NCBI RefSeq assembly: GCF_009914755.1
Contig: NC_060927.1
DNA length: 64,000 bases
Reading direction: 5' to 3' (one strand)
Origin: the human T2T-CHM13v2.0 reference genome, Homo sapiens
Each line of letters opens with the position of its first letter. The stretch's first letter is position 1. Below the pieces are notes generated by a model, which made no database searches, was not told where the DNA came from, and worked only from the letters and a program-made list of their open reading frames with translations. A program made the position numbers and the translations under genes. Positions 29,201 to 43,466 of this stretch are shown in pieces.

Positions 29201-31440
29201 ATTCTGAATTCCCCCTCTGTGTTAACTTATATTTTGTTGAGTGTTCTCAAAACAACTATTTTGAATTCTCTGTCCATAAGTTCACATATCTCTGCCTCCC
29301 TGTGATTGGTCCCTGGTGCCTTATTTAGTTCATTTGGTGAGGTCATGTTTTCCTGGATGGTCTTGATGTTTGTGGATGTTAATTCATGTTTGGGCACTGA
29401 AGAGTTAGGTGTTTATTGCAGTCTTTGCAGTCTGGGCTTGTTTGTACCTGTCCTTCTTGGGAAGGCTTTCCAGGTATTCAAAAGAACTTGGGTGTTTTGA
29501 TCTAAGTTTTTGGTTACTGCAGCCACATATACTTTAGTGGATACCCCAAGCCTAGTAATGCTGTGGCTCTTGGAGACTCATAGTGGTAATCCCTTGGCAG
29601 TCTTGGGTAAAATCCAGAAGCATTCCCTGCAATACCAGGCAGACTCTTGTTTTCTTCCCTGACTTTCCCCCAACAAGGAGCGTCTCTGTGCTGAGCTGCC
29701 TAGATCTGGGGGAAGGGTGACACAAAAACCCATGTGACCACCACCACTAGAACTGAACTGGGTCAGACTCAAAGCCAGCACAGCACTGGATTTGTCTAAG
29801 TCCTGCAATGACCACTATCTGGCTACCACCTATGTTCACTCAAGTCCCAAGAGCTCTACTATTGGCAAGTGTCAAATCCAGTCAGGATTGTATCCTTCCT
29901 TTCAGGGCATCAAGTTCCCTCATGGTCCTGGGTAGGTCCAGAGATACTGTCCAGGAGCCTGGGCCCAGAGTTGGGAACCTTAGGAATCTACTTGCTGCTC
30001 TATTCTGTGGCTGAGCTAGAACCCAAGTTGCAAGGAAAAAATCTTCCCATGCTTTTCTTCCACTTCCTTAAGAAAAAGTGTCTTTCTCATTGGCCACCAC
30101 CACCCCAGGCCCATAATACATACTGTTTAGCTACCATTGATGTTAAATATTACCTAGCTTATACTTATGTTCACTGATGTTCACTCAAGGCCCAAGTGCT
30201 CTTCGGTCAGCTTGTGGTGAATTATGCCAGTCCTGAATATCTCCCTTCATGGCAGCGGGCTCCCCCCTGGCCCAGCACAGGTCCATAAATGCCATCCAGG
30301 AGCCACGGCCTGGAACATGGACTCTAGAGCCCACTTGATGTTCTCTCCCACTGTGGCCAAGCTGGTATACAAGCTGCAAGACAAAATCTTCTCTCCTCTT
30401 CCCTCTCCTTTCCTCAAGTAGGAGGGTTATCTCCCCATATCTGCCACAGCTGGGAATGTGCTGGGCCACACCTGAAGCAAGCATGTCTCAAGAGTTTCCC
30501 CTAATGCCCATGGCAAGTACTGCCTGGCTATCAATAGGACAGACATTAGGACCCAAGGGCTCTTTAGTCAGCAGGTGATAAATCCTAGCAGGACTGGGTC
30601 CTTCTCTTCAAGGCAGCAGGTTCCCTTCTGGCCAGCAGTGTCTTTAGAAACATTGTCTGGGTGCTAGGGCCTCGAATGGGGGCCTCAGGACTCTGTTTAG
30701 TGTCCTATTCTACTGTAGGGGGGTGGTATACAAGTTGCAAGAAAAAGACCTCTTTACTCTCTCCTCATGAAGATGGAAGGAGTCTCTACTGGAGCTGCAA
30801 GCTGTGCTGCCTGGAGTTGGGGAAGGGGTGATGCAAGCACTCCTTGGGCTGCCCTGGCTGGTGTCTCACTAGGTTATATATACCCATAAGTCCAGAGGCT
30901 CCATGTCCAGCACAGCACCGGGAGTTGCCCTGGAATTGTGGTCCTTGTGGCTTAGAGTGCCTTTCAAGTTTATTTAGAACCCCAGAGCACTTTAGCTCAT
31001 GGTAGCGAGGTTTGTCAGAACTCAGGTTCTGAATGCTGGGATGGGCAATGCCCCTCTGGCTAAGGCTGGTTTATATGCTGTCTCCATGAGTGCCATGCCA
31101 CTTGTTACTTTCTGTTATGACAGGGAAGCACAGAGTTCCAATGCAAAGTCCCACAATCACTGTGTTCTCCCTCCCCCAACCACACAGATTTTCTCTCTCC
31201 ACCAGAAAGCCACTGCCGGGTATGGGGGAGGAGTGATTTAGGTGATTCAAGACTGTCTTTCCTACCCTCCTCAGTGCCTCTTTTTTTAATGTGATCTTTA
31301 AACTAGGTACAATGATCATTTGACTGATTTTCAGTTCTTATGAAATTGCTTTCTGTTGTGTGGACAGTTGTTCAATTTGGAATTCCTGCAATGGGGATAA
31401 TTCTCAGAGCCTTCTATTCAGCCATCTTCATCAGCTTCCC
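26246..31440 (-). mobile_element. Old L1 (L1MA/L1M1-2-like): 5'UTR, ORF1, spacer, proximal ORF2
   Basis: EN remnants (NIYAPNTGAPRY; GDFNT) and ORF1 remnants. Long 5'UTR with diverged internal repeats, ending in a gccatctt YY1-like motif at ~31421. Confidence 0.85.
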
Positions 31441-31565
31441 CTGTTTAATCTTTATCCCATTATTTTCATTGGCATTTACTTGTTGAAGCAGCTGGGTCCT
31501 TTTTGCTGTATATTATCTGTTAAGGTTTTCTGATTATTTCACCAAATTAATGTTTAAGATCTCTA

Positions 31566-31905
31566 TCTGGTGTGTCAAACCTTGATTGCATATTGGAATC
31601 ACCTGGGAGCTTTAAACAGCTTGAAGTCTTCATCCCAACTCCAGAGATTTTGGTTTAATAAATTTGGATGGACATGAGGAGTTTGAAAGTTACCCAGGTG
31701 TTTCTACTGTGTAGCTAAGGTTGAAGACCATTTCTCTGTTTCCATAAACCTCAACTTTGGCTGCATGTTCGTATCATCTGGGGCACTACACAAACTTCTG
31801 ACTCTGAGCTTCTTGTTTAGTTGAAGTGGGGAATGGCCTGATACTTGAGGGTTTTAAAAAAGTTTCTAGATAATTCTAATATAAATATACATTCAGAATC
31901 ACTGC
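31566..31905. mobile_element. Two MER5-type hAT-Charlie fossils
   Basis: caaaccttgattgcatattggaatcacctgggagcttt...ggttgaagacca, then a second similar copy. Confidence 0.55.
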
Positions 31906-32370
31906 TTTACCCCATGTATTTCCTGTAAATTGATAGTTAGCTCTAGAGGCTTGATTGAATGTATACTCTTATTGCACTTTATAATCCCATGTTAGATGTT
32001 TTAATTTAATGAGTTAGGATGAAATTTCTGTGTTTCACTGAGTTTTATTCCATGTAAGACTAGCTTCACATTTTTCTCCTAATAACATATTTGATTTTTT
32101 AATAACCCTACCCCAAACCAGAGCTTCTCCTTAGCATATAAAGTTATTCTCTTGCCATTTGAAAGTGTGTAGACTCTTCAGACATAAACTAACCACCTAT
32201 AAATCCAGAGTATCAGAATCAAATAGAATTTCAGTGCGGGGATTAAATGAGAACATTTTATAAAACCTTTACACTTTAAATGGTAATCTTAAAATGTATA
32301 ATTTATTGAAGTATTTCAGAATGATTCTAGAGAAGCCATCTGTCACCAAGATTAGCAGGAATAGACTTAC

Positions 32371-32532
32371 AATGAGGAAACAGGCACCAATCATCACGGC
32401 TTTCATTTTAACATCAAGGTCTCTAGGGAATTGGATTCCAAAGTTGTCAGCATCAGTAAATGCCTCTCTTAAAAACCCAGACCAGTGCTTAGAAATCCTG
32501 CCAACCACAATTTGTTCATCAAGAGATGTAAT
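32371..32532 (-). CDS. PLSCR2: PLSCR2 coding exon, 162 nt ([54 protein letters not shown])
   Basis: AG/GTAAGT boundaries, phase 0/0. Contains the scramblase NLS-like [10 protein letters not shown], the Ca2+-binding-like [12 protein letters not shown] and the hydrophobic helix. Confidence 0.97.
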
Positions 32533-34239
32533 CTAAATTGCAAAAAAAAAAAAAACTTAAAAATTTCTAGAAAACTTATAGCAAAATTACTTTTAACACT
32601 GGAGTAAAAGGAAGGAAATATTATAGTACATTTATGCACCATACATGAGTATACAGTTAATATGTTATATTAGATGCATATAGGCTCCTGTATATTTATA
32701 GATACATAAAAAACTGTTCTATTGTGTAGGAAACTTACATAAAAGTAGTTTTACGAAATTTTTAACATTTTCTACTTTATATTAAGATAGACATTAATAT
32801 ATGTTTTATTTATTTGAATTTAACCCAAACAAAATTTAAGCAGAAAAGGATATAAATTTGAAGTATTTCTTTGATATAATTTCTAGAAGCCATCAGGAAG
32901 GAAACAAATGAAACTCCTATTAGACTTCTGCTTTTTAGAGGTGCACAGGGAGTTTACACAGCTGAATGTTTAAATATGAAGAGAGGCCTCACTACCACCC
33001 ACTGTCAGTAGGAAAACATAAAATGCTAAGAGCCTAGAAAAGAAGACTGACAGTTTGAGTGAAGAAAAGCAACCAGTAAGTAACTTGATGGGATGCCTCA
33101 AGTCAAGGGTGTGGGCAAGACCAGCTAACTAGTGGGGTGTGAAGAATAAAAAAAGAATAGGTAGACAAGATCTCCAATGTAAAACTTTTCTATTTTTGTG
33201 AAAAAAAATAAAGGTTGTAAAAATTCTGCTGAGGAAAACTGAGGGTCATTATATAGCATTGAAAAGTGTGTGCTCAGACAAAAACACCTCACCAGATGGG
33301 CAGGTAGTGGCGGAATATAACTAACATTCACCAAACTACATGTTAAGAGTTATGTCAACCCAAGTCAGGAATGTCATTTTCAAATTTGAACACAGGATCA
33401 GAAATATAAATAATGACCTACATATACAGGTCACATGTGTCAGCAACACCCTTTGAAGCCATTGCCTCTGGTTGTGACCATCTAGATAAATGTAGGGAAA
33501 CTGAAAACATTTGATTCATTTTAGAGTGTTGGTGAAAAGGTTCTTTTTAAAAAGTGAAATAAATGTCTAATATAAAACTGTGATTGCTATGGATTATTCT
33601 TCATCAAATATTCATTTCATTTTTCCTCCCATTGTAGTCTGAAGCATTTTCCTATTTCTTCATAATTAGGCTTTGCCTTGTGGCTTGTTTGACCAATGGA
33701 ATATTAGCAGCTGTAACATGGGCAGTGATCTTACATATGGGTAAGTGGTTTGCTCTGACTCTTGGTCTCAGGTAAATAGCTACTAGAAAAGCATCGTCTA
33801 GGTAGCCTCTGCTGCTACATATCCAGAGTGAACATATATCATCTAAGCATTTGAGACTATTAATGAGAACTTTATATTTTTATTTTAAAAATCATTCAAA
33901 TTTTGAAATATTTACAAAATAAAAAATGCTGAAGGTAACTTACTAGCTACCATAAACCTACTACTAGACTTAACAAATATTTCTCCATTTTGATGGCTAT
34001 AGCAAGAAATTAAAAAATTCACCAAATTTATGCAAGAAGTAGAAAATAAAATTTTAATGGAGGATCAGAAATATAAATAATGACATGCATATACAGATCA
34101 TTATAAAGTCTAGATAATTTTTATAAAAAAAATTTATAAAGTATAGATAATTTTAGCTAAATTCTATATAACATTTTAAAAACAAAACAAAAAAATATGG
34201 TAAAATTACTTCAACCTCTGGAAATAATACGTTGGTATT

Positions 34240-35460
<1,221 letters not shown>

Positions 35461-37166
35461 TTATATTAGCATGAAATTTATAAATCTGTAAATTTAATAC
35501 TAATAATTGGTAAAGATAGTCTAAAAAACTAAATATTTATTTGCAGTGTAAATATAAATGCAAAAAATGCAAATAGGCCACTAGCACATAGAACCTAGGT
35601 AAACATCAAAAGAATATATTAAAATAATGTGTAAGATACTAGAGGAGCACTATATAATTCAAAACATATAATTTATGAATGGTTACTGAAAAGGTATTTT
35701 TAAATTACAAACTCAGCATTTGTATAAAATTTGCTATATGCATTATTTTCCTGCATTCTCTAATCGTATGACTATTAGTTACTCTTAGAATCTGGTGTCT
35801 GCAGACATAGAGAATTGAAGAGCTACTGAATGAAATCTAAATTTTTAGTATTAAGAATGTTTCACAATTTTTTAGTGATTTACTCATTTCTTAGGAATAA
35901 ATTATATTCCAATTAGACTTTTATTAATATCATTCCTAGAAGGAGAAATAATCTTTCACTTGTCTGGATTTTTATGGGCATGAAAAGAAAACTATTATTA
36001 TACATATCCCTACATAAAGTTCCTATACATACATATTACACACTCACATACCCACACACCCATATATACCCACACACATGTGTATATATCCAATGCATAT
36101 TATCATATATTTTATATACACATATATAATCATATATTTCATATACATATATATGTATCCCTTTATAAGAGCATTTTAAAGGTCTCTACAACACATGTGT
36201 TTTCTTAGAATTTCCCATCTCTGTCATCAGATTATAAAGTTGAAAAGGGGAAGCATTCATTTTTATATAACCAAATTCTAATAGAGAAATTAAAAATCAT
36301 ATTATTAGAGAAGGAAGGATGCAACAGAATGAAACTGGATAGTGCTAAACCTTAGGAAGATGTGGGGACACTGTCAGAGTTCCCACATTTTATCATAAGT
36401 GAGGTAGCCCTACTCAACTTTAGGATTTTTATTCCTCATTTTGTGGAATTGTTGGCCCAGTTTACTAAATTTTCTGATTTTCCAAGAGAATCAGGAAATC
36501 AAGATTAAGTTATAAAACCTTCTGATGGTTAAACATTTGCAACTAAATGATTTGATTATAAGGCTAGGCTATCTGTTGGAGAACTGCTGTAATGAAATTT
36601 CTGCAGGAATTAAATATAGAGACATATGGTGGTTTCCAATGACCTAATTTAATACAGGGTTAAAGAAGAGACCACAGAGAAGTATAATTGGGTAATACAT
36701 ATTACACTGACTTTCTCAAAACTATCTTTGCCAAATTGGGCTTTCTGTAGGAACTCAAAGATGTCAGAACTTCTGGACATGGCCTGGAGCACTGGCAGCC
36801 TATATTTTAGATTAAGGAAGGATCCATATGCTTTGGCAATCAGACTTAGATGACAAGGTTAAAGTTTTCTTTATAATGGATAATATATAGTGTCACCACA
36901 CAGAACCCAACATGTTTAAGTGTTAGATGATTTGCTTATTTTTATTTGACTACAGAGCTCTGCTTCTCTTTTATCCATTTATCATTATCAATATTGACCT
37001 TTAGTCAGTAATAACCTCCACTCTGACCAAAGTTAAATATATGGGAACATTATCTTGCTATTGAGACATCAGTACACAATACTAATTTAAGGCATTCATA
37101 ATATTCTGCAAAATTATATTCTTCTATTAAAAAAGCAAATCCTATAAACATTATGACATCTCTTAC

Positions 37167-37328
37167 CTCAAAATCAACACCCGCAATACAGCTGCACACG
37201 ATACATGGACCACTAATTTTTAGTACATCCTCTCTTTTCTGATTTTTAATTGTAAACTTTGTTAGACATGGGTGCCAGGTCTGAGTAACATAACCTACTG
37301 GTACACCAGGAGGAGCTTGGATTTCTAT
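37167..37328 (-). CDS. PLSCR2: PLSCR2 coding exon, 162 nt ([54 protein letters not shown])
   Basis: Acceptor ttttgtag|ATAGAA and donor GAG|gtaaga, phase 0/0. Scramblase motifs present. Missing from the ORF track. Confidence 0.96.
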
Positions 37329-38403
37329 CTACAAAAGTAAAATATGTGTGAACGTAATAAATCATCATAATAAAAATATCTAATAATAGCTCTAATTTAC
37401 TGAGCATTTCCTAAGTGCCAGACATTGTAAGTGAGGACTTCCTAGGACTTTTTTTTTAAAGATTGAATAAGGTAAAGTATTTTAATGTGCTAGTCAAATT
37501 ATAGAGCATTTCCCATCAAACTGTCAGTTTTTCCTCAGTTATTCTTACAAATATATAATTATACCTAACCTAAATGGCATGGAAAACAAAGCAATTCATT
37601 ATAAATAACTTCAGTTATCCTCTCAAAATAAGTGCAGTATTAGACTTTAAATAACTCTATGCCTTTATCTCTATCTGTATGATGTTCTCACAGCAATCTG
37701 TATGGAAGACTAAGTTACCCAGGCAGATATGGTGTTGCGCCAATGGGATCCTGGAAAAGGCCAACTTTCCTAAAACATCTCTGAACCCTACTGTCTTCTC
37801 TGAAATCATATTTTCTAGGAGTAGGCTGCCATGCAATATGAAACAGAGACATCTGGTCTCTACAGATATCCATTTAGGATATCCCTTTTGCAGATGACAT
37901 AGATATGTACGTTTTTATTTTGAAAAGGAGAAATGAAAAACAAAGGAGATAAGACTTTGTTCTAGGTTTGTCCCTTACTAGGTTGGCCAAAATTATGAGA
38001 TGAATACATCTGTTCTTTCCTTCATTCTTTTGTCCCCATGATCCTAGAATGCTATTTTAGGATATTTTCAATGGTGCAACTCTGCTGATTTCGACCATGC
38101 CTCTTACAGTCATCTCTAAAAAATGATTTGAAAAAGGTGCCCTGTCTGACCTTTCCTTTAATATCAAGAACTCTCATTTCTGAGCAGTTGCTCAACCCCA
38201 TGAGGCAGACTGCTGCGGGACACGAGGCTAACTATTCCCTGTTGTTTACTTGCCTTCCTTCTTATACAATTGATTTGGAAGCCCAAACATATAGCTCATG
38301 GAGCCATATTCATTTAAATTTCATTTGATTATACAGATTCAATAAAAGGGTGGAAATCCTTGCTGAACTACTTTATGAAAAGCTCTAGTAATTGCTCACA
38401 TAC

Positions 38404-38624
38404 CTCCTGAAGGCAGCAGGGGCAACAACAACAGTTACATCTTAGTGGTCTTTCCAGAGTTATGACTTCTCGACCCACATTATCAGTAATCCTCAAGGTA
38501 AAAGGTCTAGACCGCCCACAGCAATTTCGGATACAGAAATTAGTATCTTCTGCTGCAAAATAAATCCTCTGCCCAAAGCTGTTCTTGATTTCATACATGT
38601 TACTACTTTCAAAACTGAATAGAA
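38404..38624 (-). CDS. PLSCR2: PLSCR2 coding exon, 221 nt ([27 protein letters not shown]...[18 protein letters not shown])
   Basis: Acceptor ttttcatttttag|TT and donor GAG|gtatgt. Contains the cysteine-rich palmitoylation-type motif of scramblases. Confidence 0.97.
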
Positions 38625-41045
38625 CTAAAAATGAAAATAAAATCAGTTGCCTTTACGTTAAAATGATTGAACCTATCTTAAGATATTATATCTAGCTAGT
38701 TTTAGATGATGCTCCAAGTATCATAGAAAGAACAAAAAGGAATGGTATTTAGAGTTGATCAGGCAGAGGAAAAAGGCAAAGGAAAAAGAGGAAGTTAGGC
38801 TATTAATGCATGGAGAAATTGATTCCTTATGTGAGATATGGAAAACAAAGCAGGTCATATTTTCCTAATCCCATAGGCTCCTGTGAGAAGAGAGACTTTG
38901 CTGCTGAGGGTTGGGGCAATGCTGCCAGTAAGCACAGTGGTGCTAGGTGTATGGATAAAATGTCCATTTATTTGGTATAGTTTTCATATATTATGGAGAG
39001 GAATATAGGATGATTGCAAAAAATACTATATTAAATCAATTGGTTTAAGATTTCCTTTTGTAAGTCATACTTATGTCTTCTTTGTTTGCACTGTTTGGTG
39101 AAAGGCAGTAAGAGGGCTAACTCTCAAGGCACGTGCATAAAAAGTGAGAGGCAAAAATGGAAGGAAATTAGAAGATCACATCGGACTCAGGGCACCCTTA
39201 TTTAGCTCAGCAGTAATTTGAAAGTAAGAGATGAATATTAAACAAATGGGGAAGGTGCTTGGCAATCAGGGCTTCAACTCAGAATATCTAGACCACGAGC
39301 ATCCTAAGTGAGCTCTGCACCTTAGATAGGCTAACCTCTTCATGAGGAAAACAGAGGAATGCAAAATGCTGATGCTCACATGGTATCTTACCAAGGACTT
39401 CCATATTGAACCACACATTGGAAACCTCTCCTTGTTTAAAGCCATGAAGGAGCAATGAATTGTCCCACTATCCACAGAAGGACATCATACAGAAATGTTT
39501 CTCACAAGTCCTATTACCATAAACTTCCTTAAGAGTCTACGGTGGGACTCAAACAAGGCCTGGACTCTGCCTATATAGGAACTGCACTTGACCTCAACAT
39601 CTGCTGTAGACAAAAGTTTGTGAAAAAATTTAAAATCGAATATAAAAAAATTGATTCCTCTGTGGTCATCTATTATCCAACTAATTGTTTAATTATGTAA
39701 CTTACTTGCGAAAATCTTAAGCTGTTTATCTATAAAATGACATCAATGGGGTTACAAAATCTTGAAGTTTCCTTCAAGTTACTTGAAAAATGGAGACAAA
39801 ACAAAAGATTGCAACAATTATATTTTTAGCATCTATTAACTTTTCAGTCGTGGTAAGGTATAAGTATTTGTCATAGTCTCAGGTGCTAAAAATAAACTGA
39901 GTAATCATCTTTTTATATGCCTCGATGTTAGCAAACAATATAGACTTTCAATTTGAGAAAAAAAGAAAAGAAAATTAAAAATGTCTTTTTTAAAAAATTA
40001 AAAACTGGTAAATGTGGAACTTCGTATTTTTCAATGAAGCACATATATTGTGCAAATATATGTAAAGCTTATAAATCTAAAAAATATAAATATAATGTTG
40101 TATAATGTATAGTGTCTGGCCTTTTGGATTTTATAATCTTAATTATATATTCCATAAAATAAAACATTTTAAATAATTCAGAATACAAATTATTACAGAA
40201 CAAAGTGCTCCTTTCCAGAGCAAACTTAATTTAGCCAAACTACAAAAAACCGAGAACATTATAAATATCTAATCACGTACTTTAAAAGCAGTTTAAATGT
40301 AATAGGTAACAATTGTATATGTTAATGAAATTCATTACTCTGCTTGTACAATTCAAGTTATAATTTCAACGAGTTAAAGAAACTGCAGTATGCAAAAATG
40401 AATTTATTATAACAGATATATTCTAAAAACCAGCAGTTTTTATAATAAATAGAAGAAGTAACTTTATTATATCAGAAGGAAGACGCTGTGGTTCATAACT
40501 CTACCTAGGCTCTCATTCCCCTGGCAGCTGTTCTGAAGCATCTAGAGGCTTACTAAATTTATTCTTGCACCTAGGAAGCACTGGACCTAAGAACATAACT
40601 GGTGGCATCAGGAACATTCAGCAGGAGCAGGAGTGCTCTTCTAAGAAGCCAGGCTGGAGGCCTGCTGGTCAGCATCCTCCAACACTGCAGTGCCCCTGCA
40701 CCCTGGCTAGTAATCTACAGCACGTGGAACAAAGATTCTACTGGGTTCATCCAAACTCCCAAGAGAAACTGTGGGAAGGAACAGCAATTTTCCAAAACAC
40801 TCCCATCCAAATTCAAAAAGTTTACTCACTTGGAAATGTACTAAGGTAACTAAAATATTGGATGTGGCTCTGTGCCATTCTAAAGGTGATCACAAATTGG
40901 AGAGAAAAGAGCTGAAGTGGTAGAAGTCAGGTAAAGTGAGTGAATCCCTTAATGTTATTTGCAAAAGAGAGCAAAAGTAAGTCTTGGCTGTATTCCTTCT
41001 ACATTAGAGTTTATAACATTAGGACAGATGCTTATCATAATAGTG

Positions 41046-41384
41046 CAGTCATCCCACAGTATTTGTAGGAGATTGGTTCTAGGACTTCCTGTGAATACCA
41101 AAATCCTAGGCTACTCAAGTCCCTGATATAAAATGGCGTGGTGTTTGTATAGAACTTATGAACCTCCTCCCGTATTATTTAAATCATCTCTAGATTACTT
41201 ATAATACACAAACACAAGGTAAATGCTATGTAAAGAGTTGTTACATTGTACTGCTTAGGAAATAGTGACAAGGAAAAAGAAGTCTGCAAATGCTCGGTAC
41301 AGGTACAATTTCTAAAAATATGTTTTTGATCCATGGTTGATTTAATTCACACAGGTAGAACCCACGGATAGGAAGGGCCAACTG
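41046..41384 (+). mobile_element. MER2 (TcMar-Tigger) DNA transposon
   Basis: About 340 bp with degenerate terminal inverted repeats (cagtcatcccacagtat ... gataggaagggccaactg) and the internal gtccctgatataaaatggcgt motif. Confidence 0.85.
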
Positions 41385-41575
41385 TATTTTACCATTTCAC
41401 TTCTGATGTTCAGAAATAGACTACTGATTTCATTATTGTAAAGACAGACATTCGTAAATAGTCAGTTTTACCATCCCACATCACTCGGAATGCTATATTT
41501 ATAGTTTTTGATGTATCTTTATTTGCATAAACTTCTTCTCTTTTTAGAACTATGAGCAATACAATTAATACATAC

Positions 41576-41618
41576 CTTCCAGAAGTTCAATTTGCTGATG
41601 AATTAGTATCATATCTAT
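41576..41618 (-). CDS. PLSCR2: PLSCR2 coding exon, 43 nt (IDMILIHQQIELLE)
   Basis: Acceptor aatag|ATAGAT and donor GAAG|gtatgt. Phases 0/1 match both neighbouring exons. Confidence 0.95.
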
Positions 41619-42519
41619 CTATTATAGTAAAAAGAAAATGAAGTTGTATGTCAAATATTTTATAGAGAACTAATTACTATTCATGTTTTTATTTAATACT
41701 GCATATAATCAGTTATCGACATTTATCAATATCAAATTTTAATAAGTTTGCTACCTTTTATTGTAAAACTAAAGTTAACATATTTTTAATTAAAAATGCT
41801 GTATGTTTATTGAAAGCATTCACTATTATAGTTGTAAATTTAGGTAAAATAAACTAATATAGTGGAATCCCTATAAAAGTTAGAAAACAATGTTCTTCCT
41901 AAATGAGGCTTAAACATATAAAGACATTTTTTATTGATTTAAATAAGCTTTTACTGTAAGTCTCAGTTATTCATTTTACATCTACTTCATATAATCATTT
42001 TGTAGTAAGTGATAATTTCTTCTATATATTTTTGAGACTGATTAAAAAAACTGTAGGGCATTTCTTGGAGAAATATGAACTACTAAACATTCTTATAATA
42101 TTCACTGTGCAAGTGCATTGTGGAAAATTAAGTTATTATAAAGAGTACAAGAGAGATAATTCATTTACTGAAAACTCATTGACTATCATAGAAATATTTG
42201 TTTATAGATTGGAGATATAAAACTTTATATTCCTATTTTACCAATCTGATCTCTAAGACAAAACAAACATTAAACCTCACTTTGCTGAGGTAAACTATCA
42301 TGTAGTACAGCAAAATCCAGGACATTTTTTTTCCTTATTGGCGACATTTGTAAAATTGGGTCTTCCAAAGGAAAAAAGCATCATAAAAATGTAATTTTAC
42401 TAATTGTAAGAAAAAATGAGTCAAATCCCACACAAAAATATTAAGTCATTTTTGGTACTGCTTACTAAAACTCAACTCTAAACTTTACATGTCTTTTAAG
42501 TGTCAAGAAAATTATTCAG

Positions 42520-42765
42520 TATTGGAATTAAAAAGCGCAGAATCCAGAATCAGGGTGGTGATGAACAGTGTACCCCCAGTTCATTAGGTTTTTAATCCTT
42601 GGTAATTTATATAACTGCTCTGGACCTCAGTTTCCTCTTGTGTAGAGTAGTGATGATTACAACGCTTATACATCATAGGGATTCTGTAAAGATTAAGTGA
42701 GGTAATACATGTATTATGCTTAGAACAAAACCTAGAAAATAGTGCCTAATAAATGTTTACTTTGG
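42520..42765 (+). mobile_element. MIR SINE
   Basis: Core motif ctctggacctcagtttcctc...gattaagtgaggtaatacatgt...cttagaaca. Confidence 0.7.
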
Positions 42766-43012
42766 ACTATTATCACATTATATAAAAGATCATAGAAAAC
42801 AATCACCTGTGACATTCATATTTTGATTTAACAATGAATCGAACCCAAAAGAACTAGTGATTTGTTAACAGAATGTGCTGTTTACCATTTCTGACTTTAA
42901 TTAATTAATAAGCAGTAAATAAATAAGTATCACTTAACCATAATTACTATGGTTCATAAACCAGAAAGAGAGTTTTTTTTTTTTTCTGAGTATTTTACGT
43001 ATTTGAAATTAC

Positions 43013-43069
43013 CTGACTTAAGTATTCCAATCCTGGCGGACAGTTTAATGGTGGTGGTGGTGCTGGCAT
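43013..43069 (-). CDS. PLSCR2: PLSCR2 first coding segment of the 224-aa form (MPAPPPPLNCPPGLEYLSQ)
   Basis: ATG at 43069 and donor CAG|gtaat. Exon lengths 57+43+221+162+162+30 = 675 nt, i.e. 224 aa plus stop. Confidence 0.93.
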
Positions 43070-43248
43070 CCATGGTACCCCTTCAGGTCTACCTGGCTGA
43101 TTTTGAACAGGAATGCCAGCTGTGCCAGCAGGTGGGACTAGGTAGTCATGCTGACGTCCTGGGTAGAAGGCCTGGGAGCCCAGGTGGTCAGCCTGTTTCC
43201 CAGTGTGTCCAGCCTGGTGCTTAGGGTAGACAATATGTCCGGGAGGTC
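43070..43248 (-). CDS. PLSCR2: Upstream part of the same 236-nt exon; open in frame, coding only in longer isoforms (xPPGHIVYPKHQAG...RPEGVPW)
   Basis: Acceptor ctcctatttcag|GACCTCCC. 59 stop-free Pro/Gly-rich codons in frame with Met 43069. Needs a phase-1 upstream exon. Confidence 0.7.
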
Positions 43249-43336
43249 CTGAAATAGGAGCAAGTAAAATAATTTGTAGCTGCCCAGAAAAGTCATCAAT
43301 CCTTTTTAGAATAACCCCAGTTATCTACAAACTGAC

Positions 43337-43466
43337 CTCTCAGCTCAGAAGTCCTATATCTGTGAAGCTTGAGGTATGTTTTTATCTTCAGATATGTTTT
43401 AATGAAATATCTGTGGTTTCACATTCACTTCTATTTTGAGGGTGGTTCACTGTGAATAGAGTCGGC
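43337..43466 (-). other. PLSCR2: Candidate non-coding 5' exon of PLSCR2
   Basis: Donor GAGAG|gtcagt gives an 88-nt intron to the acceptor at 43248. The 5' boundary is weak and may be a transcription start rather than an acceptor. Confidence 0.45.

Noticed and set aside
32269-32370. ORF-track extension [12 protein letters not shown]... as an alternative hydrophobic C-terminus
   Set aside because: Simple read-through past a consensus GTAAGT donor into the intron. The extension at 38368-38403 is the same kind of artefact.
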